Shown here: piece after piece, positions 24,000 through 38,262 of the stretch
How positions within the stretch are numbered: the stretch's first letter is position 1
How the letters are laid out: each line of letters opens with the position of its first letter
DNA from: Eledone cirrhosa
Lineage: Eukaryota
Direction of reading: 5' to 3'
Assembly: GCA_964016885.1 (NCBI GenBank)
Contig: OZ024742.1
Coordinates: 50,964,001-51,028,000 of the forward strand
DNA: 64,000 bases
The notes under the pieces: generated by a model
What the model saw: the letters and a program-made list of their open reading frames with translations, nothing else
Databases searched by the model: none
What the model was told of the DNA's origin: nothing
Program-made: the position numbers and the translations under genes

Positions 24000-26900
24000 C
24001 CGAAAATTAATAAAACAAAATTTGAGGTCTACCTCGTGCCTTTGTGCCGGTGGCCAGTTATCTATACAGTAGGTCTTTTCGAACATTCCGTCCGGCATAC
24101 GATATTCGTACAAGAGCCAGCGCAGACGACACTGTTTGAACAGGGAGTAAATGCTGTGTATCTTTGCGTGGTTGACTACTTCAGGTTTGGTGACCGGTTC
24201 AGTCCATTTGTAACACGAAACCCGTCTCAGGAAGACATTGAGATGCTGCTCCTGTTTGGAGTCAAGAGTCGATTTTTTCTCTGCCGTGTAGTATTGTGCT
24301 TAGAACATACGCTTTGTTGATATCAATCCTGGTGTTTACCGCTAGTTTTCTGTTTTCCCAGACTCTCTTCGTCAGCCTGCCAAATTAAGAGGTTGTTCGT
24401 CTAACTCTCCTGCATAATTGTTGATGGTTATGGTAGTGGCGTACTTAACACTTTGGCCCAGTAGATTGGTTTTCTTCAGACTAATGGTCTGGCTCAATTC
24501 CTGGCAGGCCCTCGTGACTTAGGCCATGAGGTGCTGCATTTGTCCGCAGAGCGCGCTACAAGTGCAGCGTCATTTGCAAACAGCATTTCTCTTATGAGTA
24601 CCTGGTGAACTTTGAATTTTGCTTACAGTCTTGACAGAGAAAACAGCGCCCGTCTGATCTGGTAGAAACCTCACCAATGCATTTTTTAGCATGAGTGCGA
24701 AAAAGATGTCAGAGATTGGAGGACGACCCGATTCTGGCAAGGATCTTGAACAGGCCGTCTCTACTAACTAGATCGAATGCCTTTGTGAGGACGATAAAGG
24801 TGATGTAGAGTGGTTCCCTTATCTCTCGGCACTTCTTCTGCAGCTGTCGAAGGGAGAATAGCATGACGATGATGGAGTGTTCTGTCTGATCTGAAACCAC
24901 ACTGACATTCATGGTATACCCTCTCAGCGATCTTCTGTAGTCTGTGCAAGACCTTCCTGACAATGCTTAGCTGTGAGATGCAGTCGTTTCTTATAGAAGG
25001 TGACAATATTGCAGTCTCTCATATTTTGCGAGACTGTTGCCTCTTCCCAGCACTGACACAGCAGTCTCAAATAGTGGCTAAATAGCACTTTCGTTGCACA
25101 CCAGATATCAAATGAGAACTGGATGCCATCGCAGAGCAGCAACCAGTAGTGATTTTCTCAGAGTCCAGTAATCTTCCGTGAATTCTTCTTAACTGATCTC
25201 AATGCTCGTAGCGTTGCCCTGGTTTGGTGCTTGTGCTTCAATAGGGCAGCACTATTCTCCTCCACCGTCGCATTGAGTTCATCCGCACTTGAATAAAACC
25301 AGCCGTGGGTCATTGTTCGCTTCTTCCTGAAGGTTTTCAATGCGGTGTCATGGATGGTACCTCTGAGAGAGTCCCCCCTTTATTGGATATCACCTTATGT
25401 AGGGTCTGTAAAGAGCGGGTGTTTCAGTGACTTGACGAGTGCAGCTACTTTGGTTGAATAGTGAGTCCAAGTAGCGTCGTCACGCTGCCTGCTTGACATT
25501 TTAGGTTGGCGTTTGAGATTGCAGCAAACCAGGGACTGTGCCTTAGTCAGTGCTCTAAAAGGCCAAGTCAACAGTACATTTCTCAGGTGTTTGCATCTTG
25601 TGAGGATCATATCTAGCAGTGCCAGTGGCTTGGGCGAGGCTGACGTCAGGAAACTTTGAGCTTAGCTTTGGCCTGGAAGTGGGCGTTGATGACACATAGT
25701 CCATGGAGCTTACAGAGTTCAAGCAGACGTTGTCCGTTATCATTCATGTTACCGACCACGTGTCGTCCCAGACACCCCGTTCAGAAGTCGTGGTCGACTC
25801 CCACAATAGCATTGAAGTCACTAAGTAGCACCAGATGTTCACTAAATGAGATCACTGTATTTTTCTGGAGAGATGATCGTAAAACTCATCCTTGTTGTCT
25901 TGGGTGAAATAGAGGATTGGGGTATCAGCACTGACGAGGTTGACAGGCCCATCCGAAGTGTGCAATCAGAGTGAGAGTATACGGTCCGAACCATCGCTGC
26001 CGAGTTCAACCTTATCCAATAGTGAGTTCCTCCCGGCAAAGCTAACACCGTGCTCTCTGGCTGTATCTATGCTTTTCCCCGCCAGAAAAATGTATATTCT
26101 CTCTCAATAAGGGTCCCCAGAGCTGGTAGTCATGTTTCATGAAGAGCTGCAATGTCCATTCGAAGACATAGCGGTTCGATATTGATAACCGCAGTTTTGC
26201 GGGTGTCGCTGATCTTTTCAAGATTATCTGAAAGACGAATAGTAAAGGGCCGTATATTCCAACATCCAAAACTGAATGCGGGTTTCTTTTATTATTTACT
26301 TGTTTGCTACTTCATTGATTATATTGGCGCAATGCTTACAGCCTACAATTCAGTAAATTAATATCCCTACGCCCCAAACACGGACTGAAGCACTTGAGAT
26401 GTAAAAGAATATCAACTAATTGGCTGGACACTGCCGATCTTCAGGCGGGCGGTAGCTGTCCAGTGACGCAAAATCGTTTCATCCCTCGTCGAAAGCAGCC
26501 CTTGGCTCCTTGCTCGTACGCCAACAATGTGCCGACTTATAAACGTTAGACTGCTGCTTTCCCTGTTTAGCCGCCTCTGTGAGGCGACGCTGGAGTGAGC
26601 ACTCCAAGGCGCAGGCACGGGTAGGAGTTTATAAGAGATCGGAATTTGCCCATGCAGCACATACATCTTAGCACCAGTGGGGCCAGAAGAGTTGCCATAA
26701 CAAGATTGGATATAACATGGAACTTCGTTAGGGATTCCGGCTGCGGATTTATCCTCGGGGTTTACGCCCGAGGTCTTTCCCATAAGTGGGCCTAGTCGCA
26801 ATACATCGGAGGTTTAAGTTCAGAGTTTGTCTTCTCCTAGATGGACTGCCCTCCTACGCTAAATAGTACAATCTACCCGGAGCACTGTTTTGAAAGTGCC

Positions 26901-27060
26901 AGAACCCGCCTAAGCCCCTTCTCCTGTCAGAAGGAACAGTTCCACAGGGGAAGGTCAAGAGTTGCTTGCCAGAGGCTATTTGAAGCGCATGCCGTGAGGA
27001 TCATCTTTTAAGCAGTGCGAGCTAATCCTCGCTGCCACCCCTTGGCCTAGCAACCATGGA
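24000..27060 (-). mobile_element. Decayed RTE-clade (BovB-like) non-LTR retrotransposon
   Basis: Minus-strand fragments include FSLRQLQKKCRE..PLYITFIVLTKAFDLVSRDGL, YHECQCGFRSDR, MLFAND and APE-like GDFNA/ARYDPH remnants. Many frameshifts. The boundaries are approximate. Confidence 0.75.
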
Positions 27061-27090
27061 ACCATACACACACACACACACACACACCTC

Positions 27091-27151
<61 letters not shown>

Positions 27152-28098
27152 GGGGGGGGGGGCTATGCGTGTGTGTCTGTGTACATATAATTTAGAAAGT
27201 GATATATGTGATTAGGCTAAACCATGCCGAATCGACGGTAAGATGAAACTAAGGAAAAAGTTAGTTACCGGCTAATTTTTTTTTCTTTTTTATTGTTTCT
27301 TTCGTGGAATCATTTTTCTAGAGTGAGACGTATGTGTTTCATGCGTGTGCGTGGGTGTGTTCTTTTATATCAAGTATTGTGTCCTGAGTAATAATCTGTT
27401 ATTGATTTGTTGGTTGAGTAAGTCTTCCTTAATTCCTAATGTGCCCAGATTTCTCCTTTCCTTAATATTGACTTTTATATGTTTGTTTCTGTTTCTGCAT
27501 TTATCAATTTGTTTCTGAATGGGAATGCGTGTGCTGAGGTGTTATTTAATGCGAGTGTAGAGTGTTCGATTCATCCTATCAATGTAGAATTCCTTACATT
27601 TGCTCCATTCACTACTGGCATTTAATTCTCACAGAATTGCCAATAATGAAAGGGACAGTTTGCTCACTGCGTATAAAATGCAAGACAAGGATAATACTAA
27701 CACCTCTCTTCCTTTTTTAAAATATTTCCTTAGTAATACTATTAAATATTTGTTTTTGTTTTATTATCAAATTGTGTCCCTTTTATCATAATTATGCCCC
27801 TTGCTATATACACCTCCTTGTTTCCCGTTTCATACCTCCTCCATATTTTAAACAGTTAACCTCTTTAAATTGAAAGTGTATTATAATTCTGTTTCGATCC
27901 TTCATATGTCGAATGGTATGCTTCGCCTTTTACATTTTATGTAGTCCCTATCTTCAGGGAAATGTATTTTTGAATGTTATATTTATTTTCTCTTTGGTCC
28001 TGAACATGACATACTACCACTGTTTAGTTCTTTAGTAATTTTTGTTTTTATCGATTATACAATCAATAATTTTTATTTGTAAGAATTGGATTTTGATA

Positions 28099-28159
<61 letters not shown>

Positions 28160-30028
28160 AATCTACAGGACAAGAACATTTTAATTAGTATGTAATCATC
28201 GTAGACTTCAAACGAAATGGATATCTTATAAGTAGATCCTTTGCGACTCCCCTTGAAAACTATCCTGACATATATATAAGTATATATATATATATATATA
28301 CATAACAGCATTATATATGTTTGTGTGTGTGTCAGTGTGTATGTGTGTTTGTGTGTCAGTGTGTATGTGTGTGGCTTTCAAACACATCCCATCTAGGGGG
28401 AATGTGTTGGGGCTAGTAAATCTTTGCCATTTCTGAGGTCAGGTTTTGTGAGGTCACATTTACTCCGGTGACAAAATCTATGGACCGAACTAGGTAACCA
28501 CACAATTAGATCTGTGCACTATAAGCGATTAGATATTTTTTTAAGAAAGATTTCATAATAATGTATGCAATTAAAATGTTTATGGAGAAACAACAATTCA
28601 GGCAGTTATTACCGAAGGCAATAAACATTTAACTATGGGAATTATATACCCAGTATTTATAACTCCTTCAAATTTTATAACTTGATACATGTTTAATGGA
28701 AGATACTATGGCGTGTAATAATTGTAATGAATGAGTTCTTAAGGCGATTGATTTAAGCGCCTCTTCTCTGAAGAAAATATATTCATTTCTCTGTTTCTAT
28801 TGATACTAAATATGAACGTTCAGTAAGATATTTACAGTAATTTACAAAGAACAGGAAAAGATAACAAACTAATTTTTGACACAACTTAATTCTTACCGAA
28901 TATGATTCTTATCACCATAGTATGATAAATATTATAAACAGACCATTTTTCGTAAATAATGAGAACATAAATGTTGCATTTTATTGTAAAATCGACTAAG
29001 TTTCAGTCAATGCAATAAACGTAGTTCATGAATTTATGGGTAAAATATTGAAATATACTGCAGCCGTACAATGTTTAAAACAAACCTTTCTTCGTTGCCA
29101 ATAACGTACATTAGTAAACGTAATTCAAACGTACTCATGTGTGCTTATTGTGTAGTTGCCAGATCAAAGAAATACGCTTTCAGCGTTTTCTCGCTTCCTG
29201 GCTAGCAGCCATTATTCCTGTTTTCGTTTCATCCAGATTCTCTCACGCATCTTTGCTTCCAGTTTCTAGTTCCATCTCTGTTGCCATTACCATATATTCT
29301 TATATATCTTTCTCTCCTTCTTTAAATTTCCATTCCATAATGTCTATTGCATTCCTTTTATTTTCTTTTATATCACATCCCCCTCCTCAGAATTTCCAAC
29401 TGCTCTTTTTTTTCTTACTGAATCTATTTCTCGCTTTTCATTGATGCATGTATTCTCCTGTCTTCAACAACATCTATTTCATTTCCATACTTATGTTTAT
29501 TTCTACTCTTTCTTTATGCATACTTTTGTTCCTCTACAGAGTACATTAAAAGAATAACGTTTACCCAGTTCCCTGTTTTATCTCGACTGAAGTCTTGGCA
29601 TTCACTTTACAGACTGTTTTGCCAAATTAACATGGCGTCGTGTAAACCATGCACTCATACCTTCAAGCTCAACTTTTCCAGCTTTGGGACTCCAGTTTTA
29701 CTATCAGGATTAATGACTTGGAAAATGTAAGAAACTTAGATCAAGTTTCCCCAACATTTGGATAGAAAATTAAGTTAAATTGAAATAATAATAATAGCCT
29801 ATGTCGGCAAATAAAATACAATTGTGTGAGAGACGTTTGTGGAATAGCATGAACATTGAGGAAATAAACATAAGAATGAAAGCCTTTTATGCGTATTTTA
29901 GAACTAAGGTTATCAAAAAAGTAAGATCTATTAATTTAATAGTTAATTTCAAAAGGTTCCTCTTAATATCTATATAAATGTTTGGAGTATTCTTCACTAG
30001 TCTATTAAAATTCTGGTGTCCACAGAAG

Positions 30029-30068
<40 letters not shown>

Positions 30069-33000
30069 GTGTGGGTGTGTGTGCGTGCGTGTGTGCGTGC
30101 GTGCGCGCGTGTGTGTGTCTGTGTGCGTGTGTCTATGTGTGTGTGTGTGTGAAAAGAATTCCGAGGAGGGAAAAATAAAAAGACCTCTCTATGTTATGAC
30201 AGCATTTTTTTTATTAATCATACACTCGGAACAGTTATCACGCTATCTCATGTTTCATAGCCAGACGCAGCATGCATCAGCCCACTATAAGAGAAAATGC
30301 AGTTGGTATGTGCATGCCGAGGATGCATATCATAGTTTAGGCAAGGAAATGTTTGAAACAAAATGTTTGAACAAGACTTCATAAATAGATAACTTTAGAA
30401 ATCTGAACGTAAACTGTAAATTATGTTACAGTTAAAACAATGAAAATCTTATCATGAAAATATTATAGGTGCCCCAAAGACCCTCCTGTTTTATAACGTC
30501 TTCTTCAGGTTGTATAACAGTGCTTATGTGTGCGGAGTGGCTTGTTTATTTATTCTTCATAACTATAAATATATATTCACCAACCAAACGTTTGGTTTCT
30601 TATACTTTGTTTATCAATTAGCATTCCCTAGATAAATTCCGTAGGTATTTCATAGGATCGTTACATAAATTAAAAGTTAAATCACTGTCGATACTAAGCC
30701 CTTTAACGCCAATTTGCTACATTTAAATAGTTTTTTCTCAGTTAATTTTAATATATAATATGGCTTCTGTGAAAGATTCGTCAAATTGTGATGGTTCAGT
30801 TTTAGAGACTAATATTAAACTGCTTCTTAATTTGTCGAGTTGTACCGGGCGGTATTTTCACTGGTACAACTCGACATTATAAGCCTGTCACGTACTCCTA
30901 ATATGCTAGGGGATTTCGATAACGAAAGTCTACGCATGTTTTTGTTTCACCATGCTTCCCCCGCAAATGAAACAGAATGTATGATATCTATGTTCAATTT
31001 CTTTAAGCATTTATTGGTCGTCCCAATAAGAATCCTACCCATATGAAACCCTGGTAGGTAGATATATATATAAACGTGTTTAGATAGTATATTTCTTCAT
31101 CTATCTTGTTTGTACTCCCATAAATATATTTTTTCTTACTTAATGTTAGTATATAATATTGCTTCTCTGAGCGATTCCACCCATTGAGATTAGACATTAA
31201 TTAATGTTTGATTAATATACACATAGAGAAAGAAAGAAAGAGAAAGAGAGAGTGGGAGAGAGGGGGTGTAAAATCCCGACCGTTGTACCACTATTAGGAT
31301 TTTACTTATTTCTATACCCACTGTGCACTTCCACATGCATTGAGAACTCCCCAGTCATAACACACCGCAGACTCTCTCTCTCTCTCTCTCTGTATATATA
31401 TATATACTTGGCCGTATGTGTATATGCCAGTATATGTGTCTGCATGTGTCTGCATATCTGTAATAATGGGATAGAGGGGGAATTAAACATTTCAAATAAC
31501 CATACCAGATATGTAAGGCATCAAAACATCTAATCGTCAGCCAATCTACTAGTATCGAATGTTAGCATTTTACTAAAATATTTTCTGAATATGCTTCTGG
31601 CTGTCTTTGTCCTTTGTTTCAGTTGCATCTTCACTATCAACTACAATTTCGTTATTATTTAGTAGCTTTCAGCCAAGGTGAAAATACCACTTCCATTGTA
31701 TTCCCGACATTTCTATGTTGATCAATAACCCTCGCAGCAATTGAACTCATCTACCATCGAAACGTTCTCTTGTGTATTCATTTTTATAAACACAAACAAT
31801 GAAATGATTCTCTCAGTTTCGGATTTCATGCTTATATTTATTCTGATTTAAAATAATAGCTGAGGAATAAACATGAGACGACATGTCAAGCGTGTGTTCC
31901 AAATAAATTGTAACACCTTTTCCGTGATTGTATTTGCTTCTATTTTAAGATTTCAAAATTTTGTTGTAAATATTTTGTTTACTAGAAATTGCTGGGGTAA
32001 TATGGACAAATGTATCCCAAATGCAATTGATTGCTATTGCGATGAGTTATATAGGTGTAATAATAGGATGAGAAAGAGATACAATTTAATATATACGCTA
32101 TGGATAGGACGGCACAGTTTGAGCGTAGACAATTCCAAATGGTCTTCTAGCCTCATAATTGAAATATTTACATTGGGTACAAAATGAAACCTGAAAGTTG
32201 ACTTGGCCTTTTGGTAATGAAAGTCTAATGATATATTTCAATCTAATCTCTTGTGTTATCAACAAGACATATATTAATCATTGCTGAACTGTGTCTATAT
32301 AGTTTACTGTAGACTAAAATTTAGGATTGCAGTAGGGTGTAATTTATTAAAAACATATTTATTTATGCAGTAGTGTGTAATTTATAAAAAATATTTATTC
32401 TTCTAGTCATTCGTTGGAATAAAATGTTAAATTTATAACTGACTTAATATTTTGATGTTATACTATATATATATATTACTTTATCACACAATGAAAGAAC
32501 AGCTTACAATTAAGTCATCGATTAAAATATATAACATTTAGCGATAAAGTAATGTAATATAAGGGAAAGAAGTTTCAAATGTTTAGTTAGTAATATTGAA
32601 GAGGGTGTAAATTCTTAAATGATCGTCGTAACTACATTGATCTTACCGTTGGAAATGTTGGGTTAATCCTTTCGATTTCAATTCCCGCATTTCCTTGTCT
32701 AGTTAGGGTCTATAATGCACATATTATTAGTGTTTGTTTGCGATTTTGAACATTGCAATATAGGGTTAGTTATCTATAAAGTCCTTCCTTTCATTTCCAT
32801 TTACTCTTTGGGGAATTTTCAATTCAAAAATTTTCTCTCGTAATCTTTGTTGAAATAAATATCTTGAATATTATTAGCCACTTCCCGAAAGATTTGATCT
32901 TGAAATACCAGAAAAACTGAGCTATTTTTCTGCTAATCAGACGCTACATTCTGAGAAATAATTCATTTTCCTCTATGGTATTTTATTGCGTATTTATATC

Positions 33001-35196
33001 AGGTAACTGAAATTAATCTAAATCAAATTTCCATTTCCGAAGCTGGTAATTCGGCATTGTGGTGATTCGTGTATATGTTGTAAATGTATCTTTAATGCAG
33101 TTATTTTCTGATATTTATATTGCCTACATCAGAATTGTTCCCAATATCAGTGATTATATCTCTCTAACCCATTTTAATTATGTCTTCAGGTTTCGCATAT
33201 ATTATACACCTACATATACCTGGAATTGTCGTCCATTGTTAAAACTCAGTCTCACTACTGACTGCATTCTATTTTCAATTAATTTGACTTCATTTTAACT
33301 CTGGTACTTTTCAATTTATAATCGCATCTTAATACCAGTTTAATAAAATAAAATATATAGGTCCACAACTTAAATATGCTAGCCTCAACATAATTATCAA
33401 TGAGAGGTTGTAGTTATATTAATGTTGTGCTTATGTGAGCAGTTATTGTCACTTTCGTTGCCACTGCTTAGACTAATATTGTCTGTTATCTCATAAATCA
33501 TTTCCATTGTCAATTATGAGAATTCTCCAGGAAGTACATTCCATTCTTTGTATCTTTCCTGATAGAGAGAAATTTAAATGTCAAAATTCTGCATTTGTTT
33601 CTGTTTAGGATCTATCACCTCAAAACACATATTGTTAAAGAAAAATAATAATAGTTAATGAACAACATGTTTGTTTTCTCCAGCACGTAGGGGACTATAT
33701 TTGAGATCATTGGAATATTCCTTACACTAAATTGGTTTCTAGTATCCAAATATATACTTACGAAAAGCAATATACTATACTCTCTCGAAGGTGGCATAGG
33801 CGTTCTTATAACGTTCTAAGTAGGGAAGTTTATATTTGATTGTGTATAAAATTTCACAATTCGATGCTCATCTGATAGGAAACAATGTATATAGAAAGTA
33901 GTATAGTAGCCAAATTATAGTTAAGCCAATTGATAGACGAACTGCGACGCATAATCTAAAGTAAATTTGAATTTATAGACAAGTCCATAATAGCGGGGCA
34001 TATTAAGCCGTGTCATTACATACGCTTGATAGAATGGTGTTAATGATATCTATAGAAGTCATTACCTCTCCCTCTTAGAATATTTATATGTATAGCAGGT
34101 GATATTTGAAACATTAATGACAACTTAATCTGGAATGATTATTAATGCGGTGCCGTACAACTCGTGAGATGTCACATTTATATACTATATTAATTATTCG
34201 TTTAAACTAGAACAACTGCAATAAGTCTTCTATACACTGTGGATTCTTTCCATTTATCGTAAATGCGTAAGATTTAGAAGCTGATGCATTTCATCGATAT
34301 TATTTATTTCAAATGATAGTTCAATCGCTATGTTGTTGCCAACAATTTATCCTATTAATGTCAATCGTATAAATACAATAATGGAAGGAAACATATATTC
34401 GCCACATCTCCATTGTGATTCAGATAGTATGTGTTACTACTTGCAGAAGAAGACAATTTATTTAGCCGTACTTATTCTATTTTCAATAAGCAGAAAGAAA
34501 TCTGATCTTATTTAATTACTGCGATTTTGATTATGGTAGGGCTACAATTATTCGGTTATCAAATGTTACTGTCATAAAAGTAAAATATACACTAGAGCGT
34601 ATTTAAATCATGCAATTATTAAAGTAGTAGTGTCACTAATATATTAAGACAATTGTTGCTCTCACTAACAGTACACAAATCATATATTTATACATAAAAT
34701 AATTGCAATCAGAGTTTAGTTTAAGTAATAAGTTATTGATTATAATAATACAGATTATACATAATTCGGAAAAATTGAAACTGTTAATGTAAATCTGTTT
34801 AGCAAATGCAGTTATTTCTTTAGCAAATAATATTGCTGTAACAATATTATTGCTAATTTTGTTCAAAAGACCTACGTACATTAACATTACACATTAAGGA
34901 TAGCCGATTTAGTGGAGAACATTAGATTAAAAACGGCTTCATTAATACGAGTTAATGAAACCTCCTTGAGCAACGATATACATCATGGTGCCAACCCATC
35001 ATGCTAGAAGCTGGGCACGTGCATGCTAGTAATGAGTTATCAAGCCTAAAATAAATATATACATTAAAATAGAATTTGCAAATAAAGCAATCTAGATTAA
35101 AATTGAAACAAACGGGAATGTATTAGGGCATGCATGATATACGTACATATGTTTCTTCACACACAAACTAATAGACACACACACATAAACACACAT

Positions 35197-35269
<73 letters not shown>

Positions 35270-35359
35270 TGTGTATATATATATGTATATATATATGTAT
35301 TTATATATACATATATATATATATGTGTGTTTGTGTGTGTGTATATACATACATATATG

Positions 35360-35872
35360 TTTGTCGTTTTTCTTGCATCTGCGAGAAAAACCACAAATCC
35401 TCAATCCAATTCTACTTTTGAAAAGCACAAGAACTGCGAAACTGGTAAAGGAACCAAATAAATATATTTTTATAAAAAAATACTCCTGTTGCATTTTCGA
35501 TTTCATCTTTTTTCCTGATATTTTCACTCGTGTAGGCCACCTCGGTATTTTTATTTTTACTTCACATCCATAAACAACCCCCCACCTTTATTCTCCGATT
35601 CACTTTCCATTTTTTAATCCCCCCCTTTTTTTACTTCCCCTTTTTCCTTCACTAACTGATTACACATGTCATTTGTGTTTTCCAATCTAGATATATTTTT
35701 CATTTTTATTTTCATTTATTTTTTTATTTTTGCGCAGCCAATCTTACAATTTTAGATTTGTACTTACTTATCCACAAGTTTTTTACACCCTGTATCAATA
35801 TGGCTGAACGCCTTAATGTGTGTATACTTTCTATATATGTGCATGAGCGACTACGTATGTGCGCGCGCGTGC

Positions 35873-35932
<60 letters not shown>

Positions 35933-36805
35933 ATGTATATATATGTATGTATGTGTGTGTGTGTATGTATATATTATGCGTATGTGCATGTGTCTTTATA
36001 TCCGTGTTTTGACATCTAAGTTTTATGTTTTGTTCCTTTTTCTCCCCCCCCCCCCTTTTTGTTCTACTTACTCATTTTTACGCGTGTGCATGCAAACAGG
36101 TCAATATGCGTGAGTGTAAGTATGAGTGTTGTGTGTGTGTGTGTGTATGTAGGTATCGAACGTATGGATATGTAAGTGTGCGTGTGTATATAAGCATGTA
36201 TATGTTTGCGTTTCTTTTGTGAGATATGCATGTGTGTGTATGTATGTACCCCTTTTTTGTCTTCTTTTCTTTAATTTTTTTCTTTCTAAACATTTTTTTC
36301 TTTCTATGTTATTGTTCCATTTTTATAAATATATCGAGATTGATACTTCCCTTTAATTATTACACTCCCTTAACTCTTTTACTTCCGCATCTAAGTGTAC
36401 GTGTGTGTAGGTGTGTTTATGCGCGCGCCTTCATATTTAATTTTTTATGATGTATCTATTCTGTCTGTAGATTACAGACATACAGATACATTTGCCCTAA
36501 ATTTTATATTTACGCACACTTTTTCACTATAAGTATACATGTGTGCATACACATATATGCACATCTGTGAGCATATATACATACATATACACACACCTAA
36601 CTATATTTCTTGATAGATTTTTATATATTTCAATTTCTAATTCATTTGTCTATATATTTTTTTGATTTTCTTGACGAGACTTTCCAAGTATTTACCCATG
36701 CTTTATATTGCCTCGTCTGACGAATGAATGAAGACGTTTCTTTCGTATTCGCCTCATTCGGGAAACTTCTGGTAATGAGGTAATTATATTGTATTGATTT
36801 GTATA
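35360..36805 (+). mobile_element. Probable PLE 3' end (endonuclease C-terminal remnant, microsatellite-rich UTR, terminal HHR)
   Basis: Weak HLREK...KE..YIFIKKY remnant at about 35370-35490, followed by an HHR at 36709-36782 and then (TA)n. Confidence 0.5.
36709..36782 (+). ncRNA. Type I hammerhead ribozyme (family J)
   Basis: tgcctcgt-CTGACGA-(a)tgaatga...tcattcg(g)-GAAA-cttctgg-TA-atgaggta. Stem I is 8 bp. Confidence 0.8.
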
Positions 36806-36806
36806 C

Positions 36807-36807
<1 letters not shown>

Positions 36808-36858
<51 letters not shown>

Positions 36859-36912
36859 TATATGTATATATATATATATGTATATATATATACATATATA
36901 TATATACATATA

Positions 36913-36992
<80 letters not shown>

Positions 36993-36996
36993 CATA

Positions 36997-37088
<92 letters not shown>

Positions 37089-37092
37089 CATA

Positions 37093-37143
<51 letters not shown>
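36808..37143. repeat. Long (TA)n/(TACA) microsatellite
   Basis: About 335 bp of TA with periodic CA/TG interruptions. Confidence 0.95.
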
Positions 37144-37145
<2 letters not shown>

Positions 37146-37147
<2 letters not shown>

Positions 37148-38160
37148 AATACAATATCGGAGAAAGCTTTTTAGCGATACTCCGGCCAAATTCCAACTCA
37201 CTCAACAAACATTAGGGAATAAGTGATTATATTCCCAATTACACGTTCGGGGTGCTAACTAAAAGTATTGCGTGAAAAATTGGTTGTATTATTTCATATG
37301 AGACATATCTAATATATCTCTTCCCAGACGGACGTCTCGTTTCATTTCAGGGTTCCTACAATTTGGGTGAAATTATACCAATTCATGTAGGAGCTTGTAT
37401 ACCATCAATAGATATATATTCAAGTGGGCTCCTATAATTCATCAGTGGGTACCCCAATAATACTAATATTGATAATCTAACCAACATGAGTATTTAGTGA
37501 TAATCATCATCCTCTGTGCCTGAGGTATCTGTCAGGTTGCCAGTCCAGCAGTTTTAAAGTAGTGCTCAAACTGATTCAAAAAATGAGGAAGTAAATTACC
37601 GCAAAAAAAAACAATACATGCGCATGACAATGAATTCTGAATGGAATTCAGGCCACGTGCTAAAAACTCAATTGGAAATTGAAAAAATATCTATGTGTGT
37701 ACAACATTTGATGACACACACAAATATTTTCTCGGACAAAATAACAGAATGAGATATAAGGAACAATCCATATACATATATAAAAAATAAGCAAATAAAT
37801 GCTGACCTTATAACGGGAATATTTTCGAATCTGTTGCTCCAAGAGTAAATAAATAAATACAATATCGGAGAAAGCTTTTTAGCGATACTCCGGCCAAATT
37901 CCAACTCACTCAACAAACATTAGGAAATAAGTGATTATATTCCCAATTATACGTTCGGGGTGCTAACTAAAAGTATTGCGTGGAATATTGGCTGTATTAT
38001 TTCATATGAGACATATCTAATATATCTCTTCCCAGACGGACGTCTCGTTTCATTATAGGATTCCTACATCAATAGATATATATTCAAGTGGGCTCATATA
38101 ATTCATCAGTGGGTGCCCCAATAATACTAATATTGATAATCTAACCAACATCAGTATTTA
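37146..38160 (-). mobile_element. Retrozyme-like family K, 708-bp tandem unit with two HHRs
   Basis: 37146-37497 is repeated at about 37854-38160. Minus-strand HHRs at 37323-37449 and 38031-38113 read ccca-CTGATGA-att..aat-GAAA-cgagacgtccg-TC-tggg. Confidence 0.8.
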
Positions 38161-38171
38161 TATATATATAC

Positions 38172-38255
<84 letters not shown>

Positions 38256-38262
<7 letters not shown>

